In this document: positions 16,526-26,037 of the stretch, in pieces
Layout: every line of letters begins with the position of its first letter
Position numbering within the stretch: position 1 is the first letter of the stretch
IMG/VR virus record: IMGVR_UViG_3300020469_000001
Span: 41,273 to 105,272 of that record
Strand: one strand, 5' to 3'
Length of the DNA stretch: 64,000 nucleotides
From: a virus
Position numbers and translations under genes: made by a program
The notes under the pieces: generated by a model
The model's input: the letters and a program-made list of their open reading frames with translations, nothing else
Database searches by the model: none
What the model was told of the DNA's origin: nothing

Positions 16526-16575
16526 GTCTCAAATAAGTTAACATCAAAATTTCTTATGTTAATTTAAAATAGTTC

Positions 16576-16604
16576 TTGACAAACAAGATAAAAGTGAGTA
16601 TAAT
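16576..16604 (+). promoter_or_regulatory. sigma70 early promoter
   Basis: AAATAGTTC-TTGACA-17-TATAAT. Confidence 0.85.
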
Positions 16605-16732
16605 ATATGTATCAAAAGAAAAAGGAAACCACATTTTCCGACATAATGAGTGTGGGGGTCGTAACCGAAAGCGCAGGGGAGGAGTGAAATGACTCCCCAC
16701 CTAGATTAACTATTATTTATAAGGAGGGCATC

Positions 16733-16951
16733 ATGCCAGCAAAATTTAAACCAAGTGAAAAGATTTACAAGAGAGGAGTTCCAGCAAGAAACTTGCCAGA
16801 AAGACACTTCTATCTAAAGAACACTCCTAAAGAGGAACTGTTCTCAGAAATTAACAAGCACAATGTCAAACCAAAACAAAGACAAAAGTGCCTAAACGAA
16901 CTCGCTAGACGAGGCGTGGAAGTAGTGTGGACTACTAAGGAGAGTGTGTAA
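16733..16951 (+). CDS. hypothetical protein
   Basis: AAGGAGG RBS. Confidence 0.75.
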   Translation: MPAKFKPSEKIYKRGVPARNLPERHFYLKNTPKEELFSEINKHNVKPKQRQKCLNELARRGVEVVWTTKESV

Positions 16952-17085
16952 TGAGAGCATGGGGAACAAATCATGTGTCGCACAAGAAGAAAACTTCACA
17001 GGGCAACGGCAGAGGCACATTCAGTATAAATATGAACAAGAACAAAAAGCGTTCTTACAAGAAATACAGGGGGCAAGGCAAGTGA
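16951..17085 (+). CDS. small basic protein (KKTSQG...KKYRGQGK type)
   Basis: Read manually; AAGGAG RBS; TAATG coupling. Confidence 0.65.
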   Translation: MRAWGTNHVSHKKKTSQGNGRGTFSINMNKNKKRSYKKYRGQGK

Positions 17086-17258
17086 AGACAGCAATGCTAA
17101 CACAACAGGACTTTCAAGAGTTCAAAAAGAAAGTGGCAATTCTAGGTAGAGCAGGTATTACATTGGATTATACAGTAGCAAAACCAAACCACAAAAAAGT
17201 AAAGATAACAATGCGTACACCAGTGGACGCACAAAAGTGGGACGAGGTGTGTGGATGA
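17082..17258 (+). CDS. hypothetical protein (GTG start; 3' part of track ORF 16944..17258)
   Basis: GTGA overlap with the preceding gene. Confidence 0.55.
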   Translation: MKTAMLTQQDFQEFKKKVAILGRAGITLDYTVAKPNHKKVKITMRTPVDAQKWDEVCG

Positions 17259-17428
17259 AAAAATTACTAGACGCAATGTGGGAACCGTTTGACAGCGAAG
17301 ATGCAACAGAGTGGTTCCTCATACTGTTCGGTTATACAGTATTATTCTTTATCCTATTGGGTGGAGTGATAGAATGGATTTAACAGTATTATTATTAGTA
17401 GCAATGTTCTTAGTGTATATGTATTTCA

Positions 17429-17665
17429 ATGACAGGGATGACTGGCGTGGGTAATATAATACGCTTTCCTATTGAAAGGACTGAGATACAACGCTTAGTG
17501 AGAGATTTGAGGCATCAGGAAGAAGAAATCAAACTGTGCCTCGATGACCTTGAAGCATTAAATGAACATATAGTCGAGTTAACAGCAGAGTATGAATCCC
17601 TGTTAAATCGAGTATGTGAACTAAATCAAATTAATTTAAAAGGAGAAAGTGATGAAGAAAGGTAG
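17429..17665 (+). CDS. hypothetical coiled-coil protein
   Basis: NIIRFP N-terminal motif; heptad repeats. Confidence 0.6.
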   Translation: MTGMTGVGNIIRFPIERTEIQRLVRDLRHQEEEIKLCLDDLEALNEHIVELTAEYESLLNRVCELNQINLKGESDEER

Positions 17666-17933
17666 TATGCAATACGACCAGTTTGGTCGCAAGAGAAAAG
17701 TATCGCATCTTTACAAGAGTAAGAAAGCGACGCCTCAGTTTGCGAAACAAGCAAAGAAACAATTTAAAAAGGAAGAAGATATCTACGCCAGTGCACCTAT
17801 TGGGGAATATGCTGTGCCTGTAGATAATTCATATAAACAAGACATCAGTAAGCAATATACGGTATCGATTGCTTACAACAAAGGTGCTTATCAAGTGATA
17901 CCAAAAGGAGAAGTGAAAGACATTGGCAAGTAA
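17649..17933 (+). CDS. conserved phage hypothetical protein
   Basis: C-terminal YTVSIAYNKGAYQVI...DIGK motif; AAGGAG RBS. Confidence 0.7.
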   Translation: MMKKGSMQYDQFGRKRKVSHLYKSKKATPQFAKQAKKQFKKEEDIYASAPIGEYAVPVDNSYKQDISKQYTVSIAYNKGAYQVIPKGEVKDIGK

Positions 17934-18180
17934 ACATTATAAAGTGGGAATGAAAGCAAATGGTAGCACAATAGTAGCAATTCGATACCCCGAAGGCACT
18001 TCTAAGAAGTATGAACATTGGGAATGTCCTGCACGAAACAGTGTAGAACACATGGATGTCGAATTAGCAGATGGTAGAGTGTTATCCAGTAAGGATTTGA
18101 TACTTGGAAACAAGTTCAAAGTCGAAGATGTAGAGAAAATAGACAAATTTATATCTAAAATTAGTGGAGGTGTAGCATAA
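17923..18180 (+). CDS. hypothetical protein
   Basis: ORF track; overlapping chain. Confidence 0.6.
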   Translation: MASKHYKVGMKANGSTIVAIRYPEGTSKKYEHWECPARNSVEHMDVELADGRVLSSKDLILGNKFKVEDVEKIDKFISKISGGVA

Positions 18181-18614
18181 TGAGTAAAATTAATGACTAT
18201 GCTAGGTTTGTTGATAGTTGTACATCGGCAACAAGTAAAGATACTAGCAAAATGTGTGATAGAATGGACTATCTACGAGGAAACTACACAATGCAAGGTG
18301 GTGAAGTGCTAGAACAAGAAGTAGATATGGCAAGATTGATGACTGCCCTGATAGGAATGATGGCAGAGAGTGGAGAATTTGCAGAAGTAGTGAAGAAAAA
18401 GGTATTTCAGTCAGATAGCAAGTTCAAAAGCGATGAGATTTTCCATATGAAACGAGAACTCGGTGATGTATTATGGTATTGGGTTCAAGGATGCAAAGCA
18501 TTAGGTTTTACACCTGATGAAGTAATGGATGAAAACATTAGGAAACTAGAGAGTAGATATCCGAATGGTTTTGAAGTAATTAGAAGTGAAGTCAGAGAAA
18601 AGGGGGACATATAA
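18180..18614 (+). CDS. MazG-like nucleoside triphosphate pyrophosphohydrolase
   Basis: ESGEFAEVVKK and RELGDVLWY motifs; NIRKLESRYP. Confidence 0.88.
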   Translation: MSKINDYARFVDSCTSATSKDTSKMCDRMDYLRGNYTMQGGEVLEQEVDMARLMTALIGMMAESGEFAEVVKKKVFQSDSKFKSDEIFHMKRELGDVLWYWVQGCKALGFTPDEVMDENIRKLESRYPNGFEVIRSEVREKGDI

Positions 18615-19258
18615 TGGCAAATCATGTATATTTTAATATCTCTATAGAGGGGATAACAGAGGAACAGCACTCATGCTTGTTCAAAAGCGAAGAAACAGAA
18701 AGACCTCATTGGGACGAAAACGAACCACCAATTAAAATGGTTGAGTTAGTAGAAGTCCATGAGCAACCTTTCATGTCTAATCTCGATAAAGAGTATGATG
18801 ATGAAGGTTGGATTAAAAATTCATGGGATTGGTATGTAAACAACTGTGGGGCAAAGTGGGTTTGTATTGAAGAGTGGGAACATAACATGATTACTGGACA
18901 CAGTGCTTGGTCACAGCCTGTTGCAATGGTAGAGAACATGCTAGAGTATGCCAGTAATAGATTTGGTATAGAACTTAGTGCAAAAATGACATATGAAGAT
19001 GAGTTCAGAAACTTTGTAGGAGTAGATGACTTTGAAACATACAGTGAAGAAGGAGAATGGTATTGTATGCACAGTGAGAACTATTTAGATGGTGGTGAGT
19101 TAACCGAACTACTAGAAGAAAAGTTAAAATGTGATGTATCTGATGATGACTTTGACTGGTGGGAAGAATACAAAGCAACAGGATTAGTTCCTAGTGAGTG
19201 TGTAGACGAAATGGTTTATAACTTCTTTGATACAGGAGAGTTAAATTGGGTAAACTAA
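18614..19258 (+). CDS. acidic hypothetical protein (DUF1281-like)
   Basis: MANHV start, WYVNNCGAKW and SAWSQP motifs. Confidence 0.6.
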   Translation: MANHVYFNISIEGITEEQHSCLFKSEETERPHWDENEPPIKMVELVEVHEQPFMSNLDKEYDDEGWIKNSWDWYVNNCGAKWVCIEEWEHNMITGHSAWSQPVAMVENMLEYASNRFGIELSAKMTYEDEFRNFVGVDDFETYSEEGEWYCMHSENYLDGGELTELLEEKLKCDVSDDDFDWWEEYKATGLVPSECVDEMVYNFFDTGELNWVN

Positions 19259-19370
19259 GAAAAATTCTAAGAGATTGGATTGACGGAGTGATTGAGAGGT
19301 CATTTCAAAGACAAGCAAACAAAATATTTGCTAAGCATGATGTGGTTTACAGAGATGGAGATAACACATA

Positions 19371-19655
19371 ATGGGACAGTATGACGAACTAGTAGAAAGA
19401 CAACGCATATTGCTAGAAGCAGAAAAGTGGGCAAAAGGAGTGAAAGAAATCCATGCCCATAGTTTCAGTTCGATGTGGTATGATAATAGACCTCAGGACA
19501 CTGAGGGTGGTAAAAGTGTATTAGATGTATCTTACAATAGTGGACTAATTCAGAGAAAACTAGAGGATGGCAGTATAGTATACTTTGGTAAAGAAATGAC
19601 ACCAAATGAACTAATTGATGAGTATGGGAGAGCTAAAGCGTATGAAAGAAGATAG
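19371..19655 (+). CDS. hypothetical protein
   Basis: ORF with GGAG RBS. Confidence 0.6.
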   Translation: MGQYDELVERQRILLEAEKWAKGVKEIHAHSFSSMWYDNRPQDTEGGKSVLDVSYNSGLIQRKLEDGSIVYFGKEMTPNELIDEYGRAKAYERR

Positions 19656-19781
19656 AGAGTACCAATTCTATGCTTGGGAAAAGCAGTACGGAAACGATGA
19701 GGCAATCAGAGTAGCAGCAGATGAATGGGGTGTAAGTGAAATGCAGGTCAGACTGCTAATACAAAAGTGGGAGGATAACTT

Positions 19782-20090
19782 ATGGCTATAAATTACACAC
19801 AAGACCAAGTAGAATATATTGTAAACCAATACAGACTTAACCCTGATAGAGAAACAGTAGAGAATCTAGCAAATGAACTAGACAAGAGTGTAAAATCTAT
19901 AATAGGTAAATTGAGTAGGGAAGGAGTGTATAGGAAAACAGAGTATACTACCAAAACTGGAGAGAAACCAATAACAAAACTAGAATTAGTGCAAGACTTA
20001 GAAACATTGTTAGAGTTACAAAACGAAGCCCTAGCGGGGTTAGAGAAAGCACCAAAATCAGTATTAAAAATTTTAAAGGAGTCGATATGA
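19782..20090 (+). CDS. A2/D3-family DNA-binding protein, paralog of 14923..15234
   Basis: SIIGKLSREGVY...TTKTGEKPITKLELV nearly identical to the paralog. Confidence 0.75.
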   Translation: MAINYTQDQVEYIVNQYRLNPDRETVENLANELDKSVKSIIGKLSREGVYRKTEYTTKTGEKPITKLELVQDLETLLELQNEALAGLEKAPKSVLKILKESI

Positions 20091-20287
20091 GAGTAGCAAA
20101 AATACTAGAAACAGCATTAGCTGATAAGCATGGCAAGTATGCAGAAGTGTTAGGACTTGTTGACAGTCCCAGCGGGGTCAAAGCAAGACTAAAGTTTGGA
20201 GATGGTCATAGAGAAACCATAACAGTAAGAAAACTAAGAATGGTTCAAGATAAGAATGTACCAAGGTCTAAAGATGGTTGGTTCTAA
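20087..20287 (+). CDS. hypothetical protein
   Basis: AAGGAG RBS; ATGA overlap. Confidence 0.65.
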   Translation: MRVAKILETALADKHGKYAEVLGLVDSPSGVKARLKFGDGHRETITVRKLRMVQDKNVPRSKDGWF

Positions 20288-20309
20288 CTAGGAAAAACTT
20301 GTGTAAGAG

Positions 20310-20332
20310 AGGGACAACTTAGTCCCTTTTTT
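20310..20332 (+). terminator. intrinsic terminator
   Basis: AGGGAC-AACTTA-GTCCCT followed by T-run. Confidence 0.75.
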
Positions 20333-20446
20333 ATTGTCTTAAAAATTTTGGATTGGTGGAAGTTGGTGTAGTTTGGAAAGGTTTTGTAGTAATTGCGTTT
20401 TTATGTTGGATTGTTAAACCCCAGAATTGAGGTATTTGACTTTTCA

Positions 20447-20587
20447 ATAGTTGATGTAGTTTACACAATTAACAGTCTACATTTACCTATTTAGTATGCT
20501 CGCTTTCACTCTCGCTTCGCTTCGTTCAAGCTCTTAGCATAAGATTAGGTAAGCGACTGTAATCGGTGGTTTGTAATGATTAACTAT
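20447..20587 (-). other. long interrupted rod-like inverted repeat (ncRNA or origin-like element)
   Basis: Nested pairs ATAGTT/AACTAT, ACAGTC/GACTGT, TTACCTA/TAGGTAA, TATGCT/AGCATA; minus-strand promoter TTGCAT-17-TATAAT at 20604-20632. Confidence 0.6.
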
Positions 20588-20750
20588 CAAAATTTATGAT
20601 AATATTATACCATGATTTTCAACAGAATGCAAGAACTGTTTTTCTCGGGTAATTGAAATATGGTGTTCGGGTAGGTTTTGATTGCAATAAAATATTTTCA
20701 CTGATGTTATCTAGTTGTGTTGTCAAAGGATATTCGACAGATGTTTTTCG

Positions 20751-20984
20751 TTAAGGACGAACTCTCATTGACAATTTCTTTTTCATAGCGAGTTGTAGTT
20801 CCTTTCGTTTGTCCAACTCTCGTGAACGCTTCCTGTAATTGTTCATTTGATTTCTTTTAGCATTGGGTTTTTCGTAGTATTCTTTCTCTCTGCAACGCTC
20901 TTTGATTTCTGCTCGTTGACATTTTTTACGGAATATACGAAGTCCTTTCTCGAAGGACATGCCTTTTAGATTAACGCTGGGCAT
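20751..20984 (-). CDS. rpsU: ribosomal protein bS21
   Basis: MPSV...FEKGLRIFRKKC...REKEYYEKP bS21 signature; GGAGG RBS. Confidence 0.88.
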   Translation of the reverse strand: MPSVNLKGMSFEKGLRIFRKKCQRAEIKERCREKEYYEKPNAKRNQMNNYRKRSRELDKRKELQLAMKKKLSMRVRP

Positions 20985-21144
20985 CTGTCCTCCGATTGAA
21001 TGTCCAACCTCTCTTTCTTAAGTAGTAAACTTTAGATATGATGGAATCTTCACTTCTATCTAGTTTGCGAGTGAGTTCCTCTATCGGCATTACATTATAG
21101 TGCCGTTTCAGAAAGTCTACTTCCTCTGTTGTCCATTTATTCAT
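20971..21144 (-). CDS. small Myb/SANT-like HTH protein (leaderless)
   Basis: Read manually: MNKWTTEEVDFLKRHY...IEELTRKLDRSEDSIISK. Confidence 0.7.
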   Translation of the reverse strand: MNKWTTEEVDFLKRHYNVMPIEELTRKLDRSEDSIISKVYYLRKRGWTFNRRTDAQR

Positions 21145-21175
21145 AGGTATATTATACTCGCTTTTGAAGTAAAAG

Positions 21176-21628
21176 TCAAGAACTATTTTCTCCGAGTTCC
21201 TTAAATGCTTTCATTCTAAAGTTCTTGTTCAGCTGCGCTCCAGTAGTGTTTGCAAAATGGTTCAGCAAATATTTTTTGAGAACCTGAGCATCACAGTAAG
21301 CAACTTCGACTATGTCGATACCTTCATGCAGTGCAACATACGCACCTTCTAGTTTGTTCATATAGTTTTCTATTCTATCTTCCCACTTGGAAGAGTTCGT
21401 GTATCTGTTCTGAAAGTTAAAATTAAATTGATTCGTAGCTGATACTTTGTATTCGTATAATTTGCCATCATCATCCTCAGCGTCTGCACCTTTATCTCCA
21501 TCAACTAGTGTGTGTCCTAGATGATGAGCAAGTGCAAGTTCTCCAATGCCACCTTTTGTTAGGTTAACGCCCTCGGGGAGTGTTTCATATACTTTTCTTA
21601 ATAATTCGATTGTTTCTTTATATTTCAT
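21176..21628 (-). CDS. putative PD-(D/E)xK nuclease (leaderless)
   Basis: GIGELAL...GADAEDDDGKLYEYK motif order. Confidence 0.55.
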   Translation of the reverse strand: MKYKETIELLRKVYETLPEGVNLTKGGIGELALAHHLGHTLVDGDKGADAEDDDGKLYEYKVSATNQFNFNFQNRYTNSSKWEDRIENYMNKLEGAYVALHEGIDIVEVAYCDAQVLKKYLLNHFANTTGAQLNKNFRMKAFKELGENSS

Positions 21629-21729
21629 ACAACTATTATAACAAAAATAACAGGTAGTGTCAAGAAATATATTAACCATTGGTATAGATTTACCTTGACT
21701 TCAGGTTATAAAGTTGCTATAATATGTAT

Positions 21730-21876
21730 ATGAATGAAAATGACATAAGCTATATAATCTTTTTAATCATGAGCATTGGAATGGCATACATGATTGGGAA
21801 GCAAATCGGAATACGAGGGACGATAGACTATTTAGAAGAAGAAGGATTACTTACTTTCGATGACTCTGAAAAATAG
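21730..21876 (+). CDS. small membrane protein (leaderless)
   Basis: Read manually: MNENDISYIIFLIMSIGMAYMIG... Confidence 0.55.
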   Translation: MNENDISYIIFLIMSIGMAYMIGKQIGIRGTIDYLEEEGLLTFDDSEK

Positions 21877-22000
21877 TTCTTGACACCGAGTTAAAAATTT
21901 GATATAATTATTTTGTAAGTGATAGGTTTCACTTGCGTATTGGTGCATCTACCGAAAGGAGATGTGAATGTTTACTGAAAAGGAATTATGGAGATAAAAA

Positions 22001-22381
22001 ATGAGTATAGATTTAAGTAAATTTTGGCTTGGATTGGATATGCCTACGCTTCCCACATATACGGAAACGAGCTATCCTAGATATAACTTAATAGCAGGGG
22101 ACAACGATTATCGAATAGAAATCGCAGTGCCTGGTTGGAAGAAAGAAGAATTGGAGATTGTCTTTGATAACAAAGAACTTCAAATCAAGGGTAAAAAGGA
22201 ACACAAACTAGGTGATGATGAGCAGTTCGTTCATCAAGGTCTTAGTCTAAAATCTTTTGAGAGGAGATTTATTCTAAACGCCGACCTATTGGTAGATAAG
22301 GTAAGTCTACAAGACGGGTTACTGACAATCAACTTATCACGAACTCCAGATTCTAAGAGGAAAGTCTTGGAGATAAATTGA
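22001..22381 (+). CDS. Hsp20/IbpA small heat-shock protein
   Basis: YPRYNLI, YRIEIAVPG, HQGLS, FERRF, DGLLTINL. Confidence 0.92.
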   Translation: MSIDLSKFWLGLDMPTLPTYTETSYPRYNLIAGDNDYRIEIAVPGWKKEELEIVFDNKELQIKGKKEHKLGDDEQFVHQGLSLKSFERRFILNADLLVDKVSLQDGLLTINLSRTPDSKRKVLEIN

Positions 22382-22584
22382 AATGAAAGCAATCGCTTTA
22401 AAAGTTCGTGATACAATATGTGAGAATGGGGAGTTCTGTGAAGCTGTAAGCCAAATCTGTTTAATGAGTTTTGGTGCCAGTATCATAGGTTTAAACTTAT
22501 CCTATCTTATATAGACTGTCAACGATTAAGGGAGTGGCATGAGTGTACATAGTACGATTGTTACTCCCTTGCTTAGGAGAAAGC

Positions 22585-23022
22585 ATGAAAATATCACAAA
22601 ATGGATTAGAACTAATAAAACACTTTGAAGGGTGTGAACTAGAAGCATATAAATGTGCTGCTGGCGTATGGACTATAGGATATGGTCATATTAAAACAGC
22701 AGTAGAAGGTATGACTATAAGTCAGTCGTATGCTGACGAACTCCTTGATGGAGAGATAGTAGAGTATGAAGACTATGTAAATGCAGCTGTCACAGCTCCA
22801 CTATCACAAGACCAATTTGACGCACTCGTTAGCTGGACATTCAATCTAGGAAATGGAAACCTCAACGCCTCAACTATGTTGAAAGTGTTAAATCGAGGTG
22901 AGTATGAAGAAGTACCAGCTCAAATGAAGAGATGGAATAAAGCAGGTGGTAAGGTTCTTGAAGGACTTATTCGCCGTAGAGAAGCAGAGGCAAACCTGTT
23001 CGAGGGAAAGGAATGGACTTAA
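22585..23022 (+). CDS. endolysin (GH24 lysozyme)
   Basis: FEG...AYKCAAGVWTIGYGH, QFDALVSWTFNLG, GLIRRREAE. Confidence 0.93.
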   Translation: MKISQNGLELIKHFEGCELEAYKCAAGVWTIGYGHIKTAVEGMTISQSYADELLDGEIVEYEDYVNAAVTAPLSQDQFDALVSWTFNLGNGNLNASTMLKVLNRGEYEEVPAQMKRWNKAGGKVLEGLIRRREAEANLFEGKEWT

Positions 23023-23237
23023 AAGAAATTTGGTTACAAATAAAGTACTATTTCTCGCCAAGATATAAGTTAAGTGTTAGTTATAATCACACATGGGGAG
23101 ACGCTGACGATTCAACTTATATAGTTCGCAAATTTTACAAAAAACAAGATAAATACCTTAGTTTCCTCACCGAGGACAAGGAAGTAGTTGAAATCCGAGG
23201 AGCAGAAGGATTAAACTATAGGATAGAGCAGTTATGA
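23013..23237 (+). CDS. hypothetical protein
   Basis: ORF track. Confidence 0.6.
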   Translation: MDLKEIWLQIKYYFSPRYKLSVSYNHTWGDADDSTYIVRKFYKKQDKYLSFLTEDKEVVEIRGAEGLNYRIEQL

Positions 23238-23358
23238 TAGAAAAACTTAAACTCAAACACATGAAGTTCATAAACAATATAAAAGTAAAGTATGAACTTA
23301 GTTTATATCAAATGTATTGGATATGCTTTGGTAAAGGACTAATCATTGGAGGACTATT

Positions 23359-23769
23359 ATGTATCAGTTTCTCCTAGCAATCATACTAGCCTTAGGTTTA
23401 AGCACCTATTGGTTATGGAATGAGAACACAACCTTAGTAGCAAACAATGCAAAGTTGGAAGGAGCTGTCCAACTACAAGAAGAAGCAATAAGCTCACTAC
23501 AAAATGATTTTGCAAAACAAACAAAAGCATTAACAGGATTACAAAGTAAGAATAACGAAATCGAGTTAGAAATGAATCGTTATTTAGATATATTTAAAAG
23601 GCACAACTTAACGAAGTTAGCCGCAGCAAAGCCTGGTCTAATCGAGACTAGAGCTAACAAAGCAACGAAAGAGGTATTTGATGGAATTGAACAAGATAGC
23701 CGTGACATCGATGCTGCTGATGATAGTATCATCGTGCAGCCTGTTACCAACGAAGACATTAGAGGTTAG
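23359..23769 (+). CDS. inner-membrane spanin (Rz-like)
   Basis: N-terminal TM helix, coiled coil, AKPGLIE motif; near endolysin. Confidence 0.75.
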   Translation: MYQFLLAIILALGLSTYWLWNENTTLVANNAKLEGAVQLQEEAISSLQNDFAKQTKALTGLQSKNNEIELEMNRYLDIFKRHNLTKLAAAKPGLIETRANKATKEVFDGIEQDSRDIDAADDSIIVQPVTNEDIRG

Positions 23770-24046
23770 TGCCAAGCCTATAGAAAGGCAGATAGCACAA
23801 CCCGTTCTCCCAAGAGAGATAGATTTAAAAGACCCATACTGGTATGTGGTTAGTGATAAGAACTTGGAAGAGTTTTTAGCAAGAGTAGAGAAAGACCAAG
23901 GACAAGTGGTGTTTTTCGCTATGTCAGTTCCTGATTATGAACTCATGGCATACAACACACAAGAGTTAAAACGATACATTCGTGAACTCAAAGAGGTAGT
24001 AATATACTATCGTGAAGTAACAACCAATGAAGCAAGTACAGATTAG
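23678..24046 (+). CDS. outer-membrane spanin lipoprotein (Rz1-like)
   Basis: Lipobox VSSC; overlaps the i-spanin 3' end. Confidence 0.72.
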   Translation: MMELNKIAVTSMLLMIVSSCSLLPTKTLEVSAKPIERQIAQPVLPREIDLKDPYWYVVSDKNLEEFLARVEKDQGQVVFFAMSVPDYELMAYNTQELKRYIRELKEVVIYYREVTTNEASTD

Positions 24047-24644
24047 AGAACATCAGATAATACAAAGACTAGATTTAATAGCAGAGGACTTTTTAAGATT
24101 GCCCCATCAGTGGCAACATACTCCACTACCAAAGACAACAGCAGCAGACCTTAAAGAGTGCATGGATGATGAAAACAATAGTGGTTATCCTAAGAAAAGT
24201 AATAATTTAGATTATGCTGGCAGAGCAGTTAGTAGGAATTATAAAGATAGAACCAATGCTTTTATAGGCTCAGTAAAACAATTAACTGATAATAAGTCAT
24301 GGTATTGGGATAGTATGGTATTCCAAGTTCCAGAAACAGGCTGGACAGCATGGCATAATGGAGGCAATAAGCCTAGATACTTTGTTAGATTCATACACAA
24401 TAGTGGAGTTGGATTTACAAATTACATTAAAGATGGTAAAAGAACAAAAATAGAGGATAACCATAACCCAGAAACTACTAAAAACTGGACTTGTATTACT
24501 GGTTATTTAGACGGCAACACTACATGGATGAGTGATAGAAACTTAGGTAGCCACCCTAGAGTAATATTTGACCTATCAATAGACGGAAAATATCATGAAT
24601 CTGTAAAGCAATTTATAGAGTTCATAGAAACAATCCATGTTTAA
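24027..24644 (+). CDS. hypothetical protein, possibly oxygenase-fold
   Basis: GWTAWHN motif. Confidence 0.55.
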   Translation: MKQVQIREHQIIQRLDLIAEDFLRLPHQWQHTPLPKTTAADLKECMDDENNSGYPKKSNNLDYAGRAVSRNYKDRTNAFIGSVKQLTDNKSWYWDSMVFQVPETGWTAWHNGGNKPRYFVRFIHNSGVGFTNYIKDGKRTKIEDNHNPETTKNWTCITGYLDGNTTWMSDRNLGSHPRVIFDLSIDGKYHESVKQFIEFIETIHV

Positions 24645-24900
24645 AAATTTATTTACAATGCTCATGTGGAAGAGAGACATGGAGCAACACTCAAAATGGT
24701 TTGACAAGAACGAACCAGCACAGGCACGATTTGAAGAAAACGAAGAGTGGCTAGAAGAATTAGAGGATAGGATAATCTCATTAGAAAAAGATTGCCACCC
24801 ACCAAAAGAATTGTGTGAATTTGATTCATACGAAGAACATATGAATAACATCAAAAAAATGATAAAAGATGAACTTAATACTCAGTCAAGACAAAAATAA
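24637..24900 (+). CDS. hypothetical protein
   Basis: ORF track. Confidence 0.6.
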   Translation: MFKNLFTMLMWKRDMEQHSKWFDKNEPAQARFEENEEWLEELEDRIISLEKDCHPPKELCEFDSYEEHMNNIKKMIKDELNTQSRQK

Positions 24901-25516
24901 CTTATCAGACCTATGTGGACACATAGAAAACTTCCTGTCTGACACAGAGATTAACGACTTTTATTCCCACCAAACAAAAGAATTTAAACCAGCAATAACC
25001 AGATACAGAGGATTAGACAAGTCTATAAGAGATTGTGATAAACTTAGTGGAGCAACTATACCTAAGTGGTTAGGAGAAAAGCTCAATCAAGCAATCAGTA
25101 TGTACAATGACAAAACATACCAGTTTGACCTATACCCTATTGATTCAGAACATCATGAGTTTAACATAGTAAGATACAAAAAGAAAGGACAATTTTTTAC
25201 TGCACACAGAGACTGTAGACCAATGTTAAATCACATTCATCTCAGAAGGTCAATGAGAAAAATAAGTATTAGTGTGCAATTGACTGATGGATATACAGGT
25301 GGAGATTTAGAGATTGCAGAATCATTTAGACAAAAAGATATACTCGGAGGAGAGCTAACACCCCCTAACGAGTTTAGACACAAATTTAAAAGTATGAAGA
25401 ATAAAGGAAGTTTAACAATATTTACATCATTTCATATGCACGAAAGCAAACCACTAGAATCAGGATTGAGAGATGTATTAGTATGTTTTATACGAGGAGA
25501 AACTAAAGTATGGTAG
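24869..25516 (+). CDS. 2OG-Fe(II) oxygenase
   Basis: HRD, RKISISVQL, YTGGDL, HESKP...R motifs. Confidence 0.85.
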   Translation: MNLILSQDKNNLSDLCGHIENFLSDTEINDFYSHQTKEFKPAITRYRGLDKSIRDCDKLSGATIPKWLGEKLNQAISMYNDKTYQFDLYPIDSEHHEFNIVRYKKKGQFFTAHRDCRPMLNHIHLRRSMRKISISVQLTDGYTGGDLEIAESFRQKDILGGELTPPNEFRHKFKSMKNKGSLTIFTSFHMHESKPLESGLRDVLVCFIRGETKVW

Positions 25517-26037
25517 CACAGAGTATCATTGATTTAGCAAATGAAGTAATAGAGTGGATGGACGGACAAAGAGATAGTCAGTTTCCTTTCTGTGATTCCT
25601 ATTTAATGTGGCATGATTTTTCAGGAACTAAGTTTAACGATATAGAAACATACAACTGTACTTTTCCATACTGGAGAGAGCATGGTAACACTGTAATGGA
25701 AGACATCATGATTACAGGAACTTTCAAAGAACAAATAGCAAAAATAATGATAGTCAAAGGAACAGAAAAGGGTATTATGATACCTAATCACCCAGCTTGT
25801 AGACAACAGACCTTCGTAATTAAGGGAGATATTGATTTTATCTTAGGTAAAGACCCAGTAAGATTGCTCAATACACTAGAAGTAAATGATTACAAACTAT
25901 TTCCTTGGGCAAGTAGAAAACTCGACCATAAAATAGTAAGAAAAGGTGGTCATATATCAGTTGGAAATCTATGGAACTACAACGCACATTTAAAAGAGGG
26001 GGATATAATAGTTCATGTCACACACTATGATAAGTGA
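25510..26037 (+). CDS. hypothetical protein
   Basis: ORF track. Confidence 0.6.
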   Translation: MVAQSIIDLANEVIEWMDGQRDSQFPFCDSYLMWHDFSGTKFNDIETYNCTFPYWREHGNTVMEDIMITGTFKEQIAKIMIVKGTEKGIMIPNHPACRQQTFVIKGDIDFILGKDPVRLLNTLEVNDYKLFPWASRKLDHKIVRKGGHISVGNLWNYNAHLKEGDIIVHVTHYDK

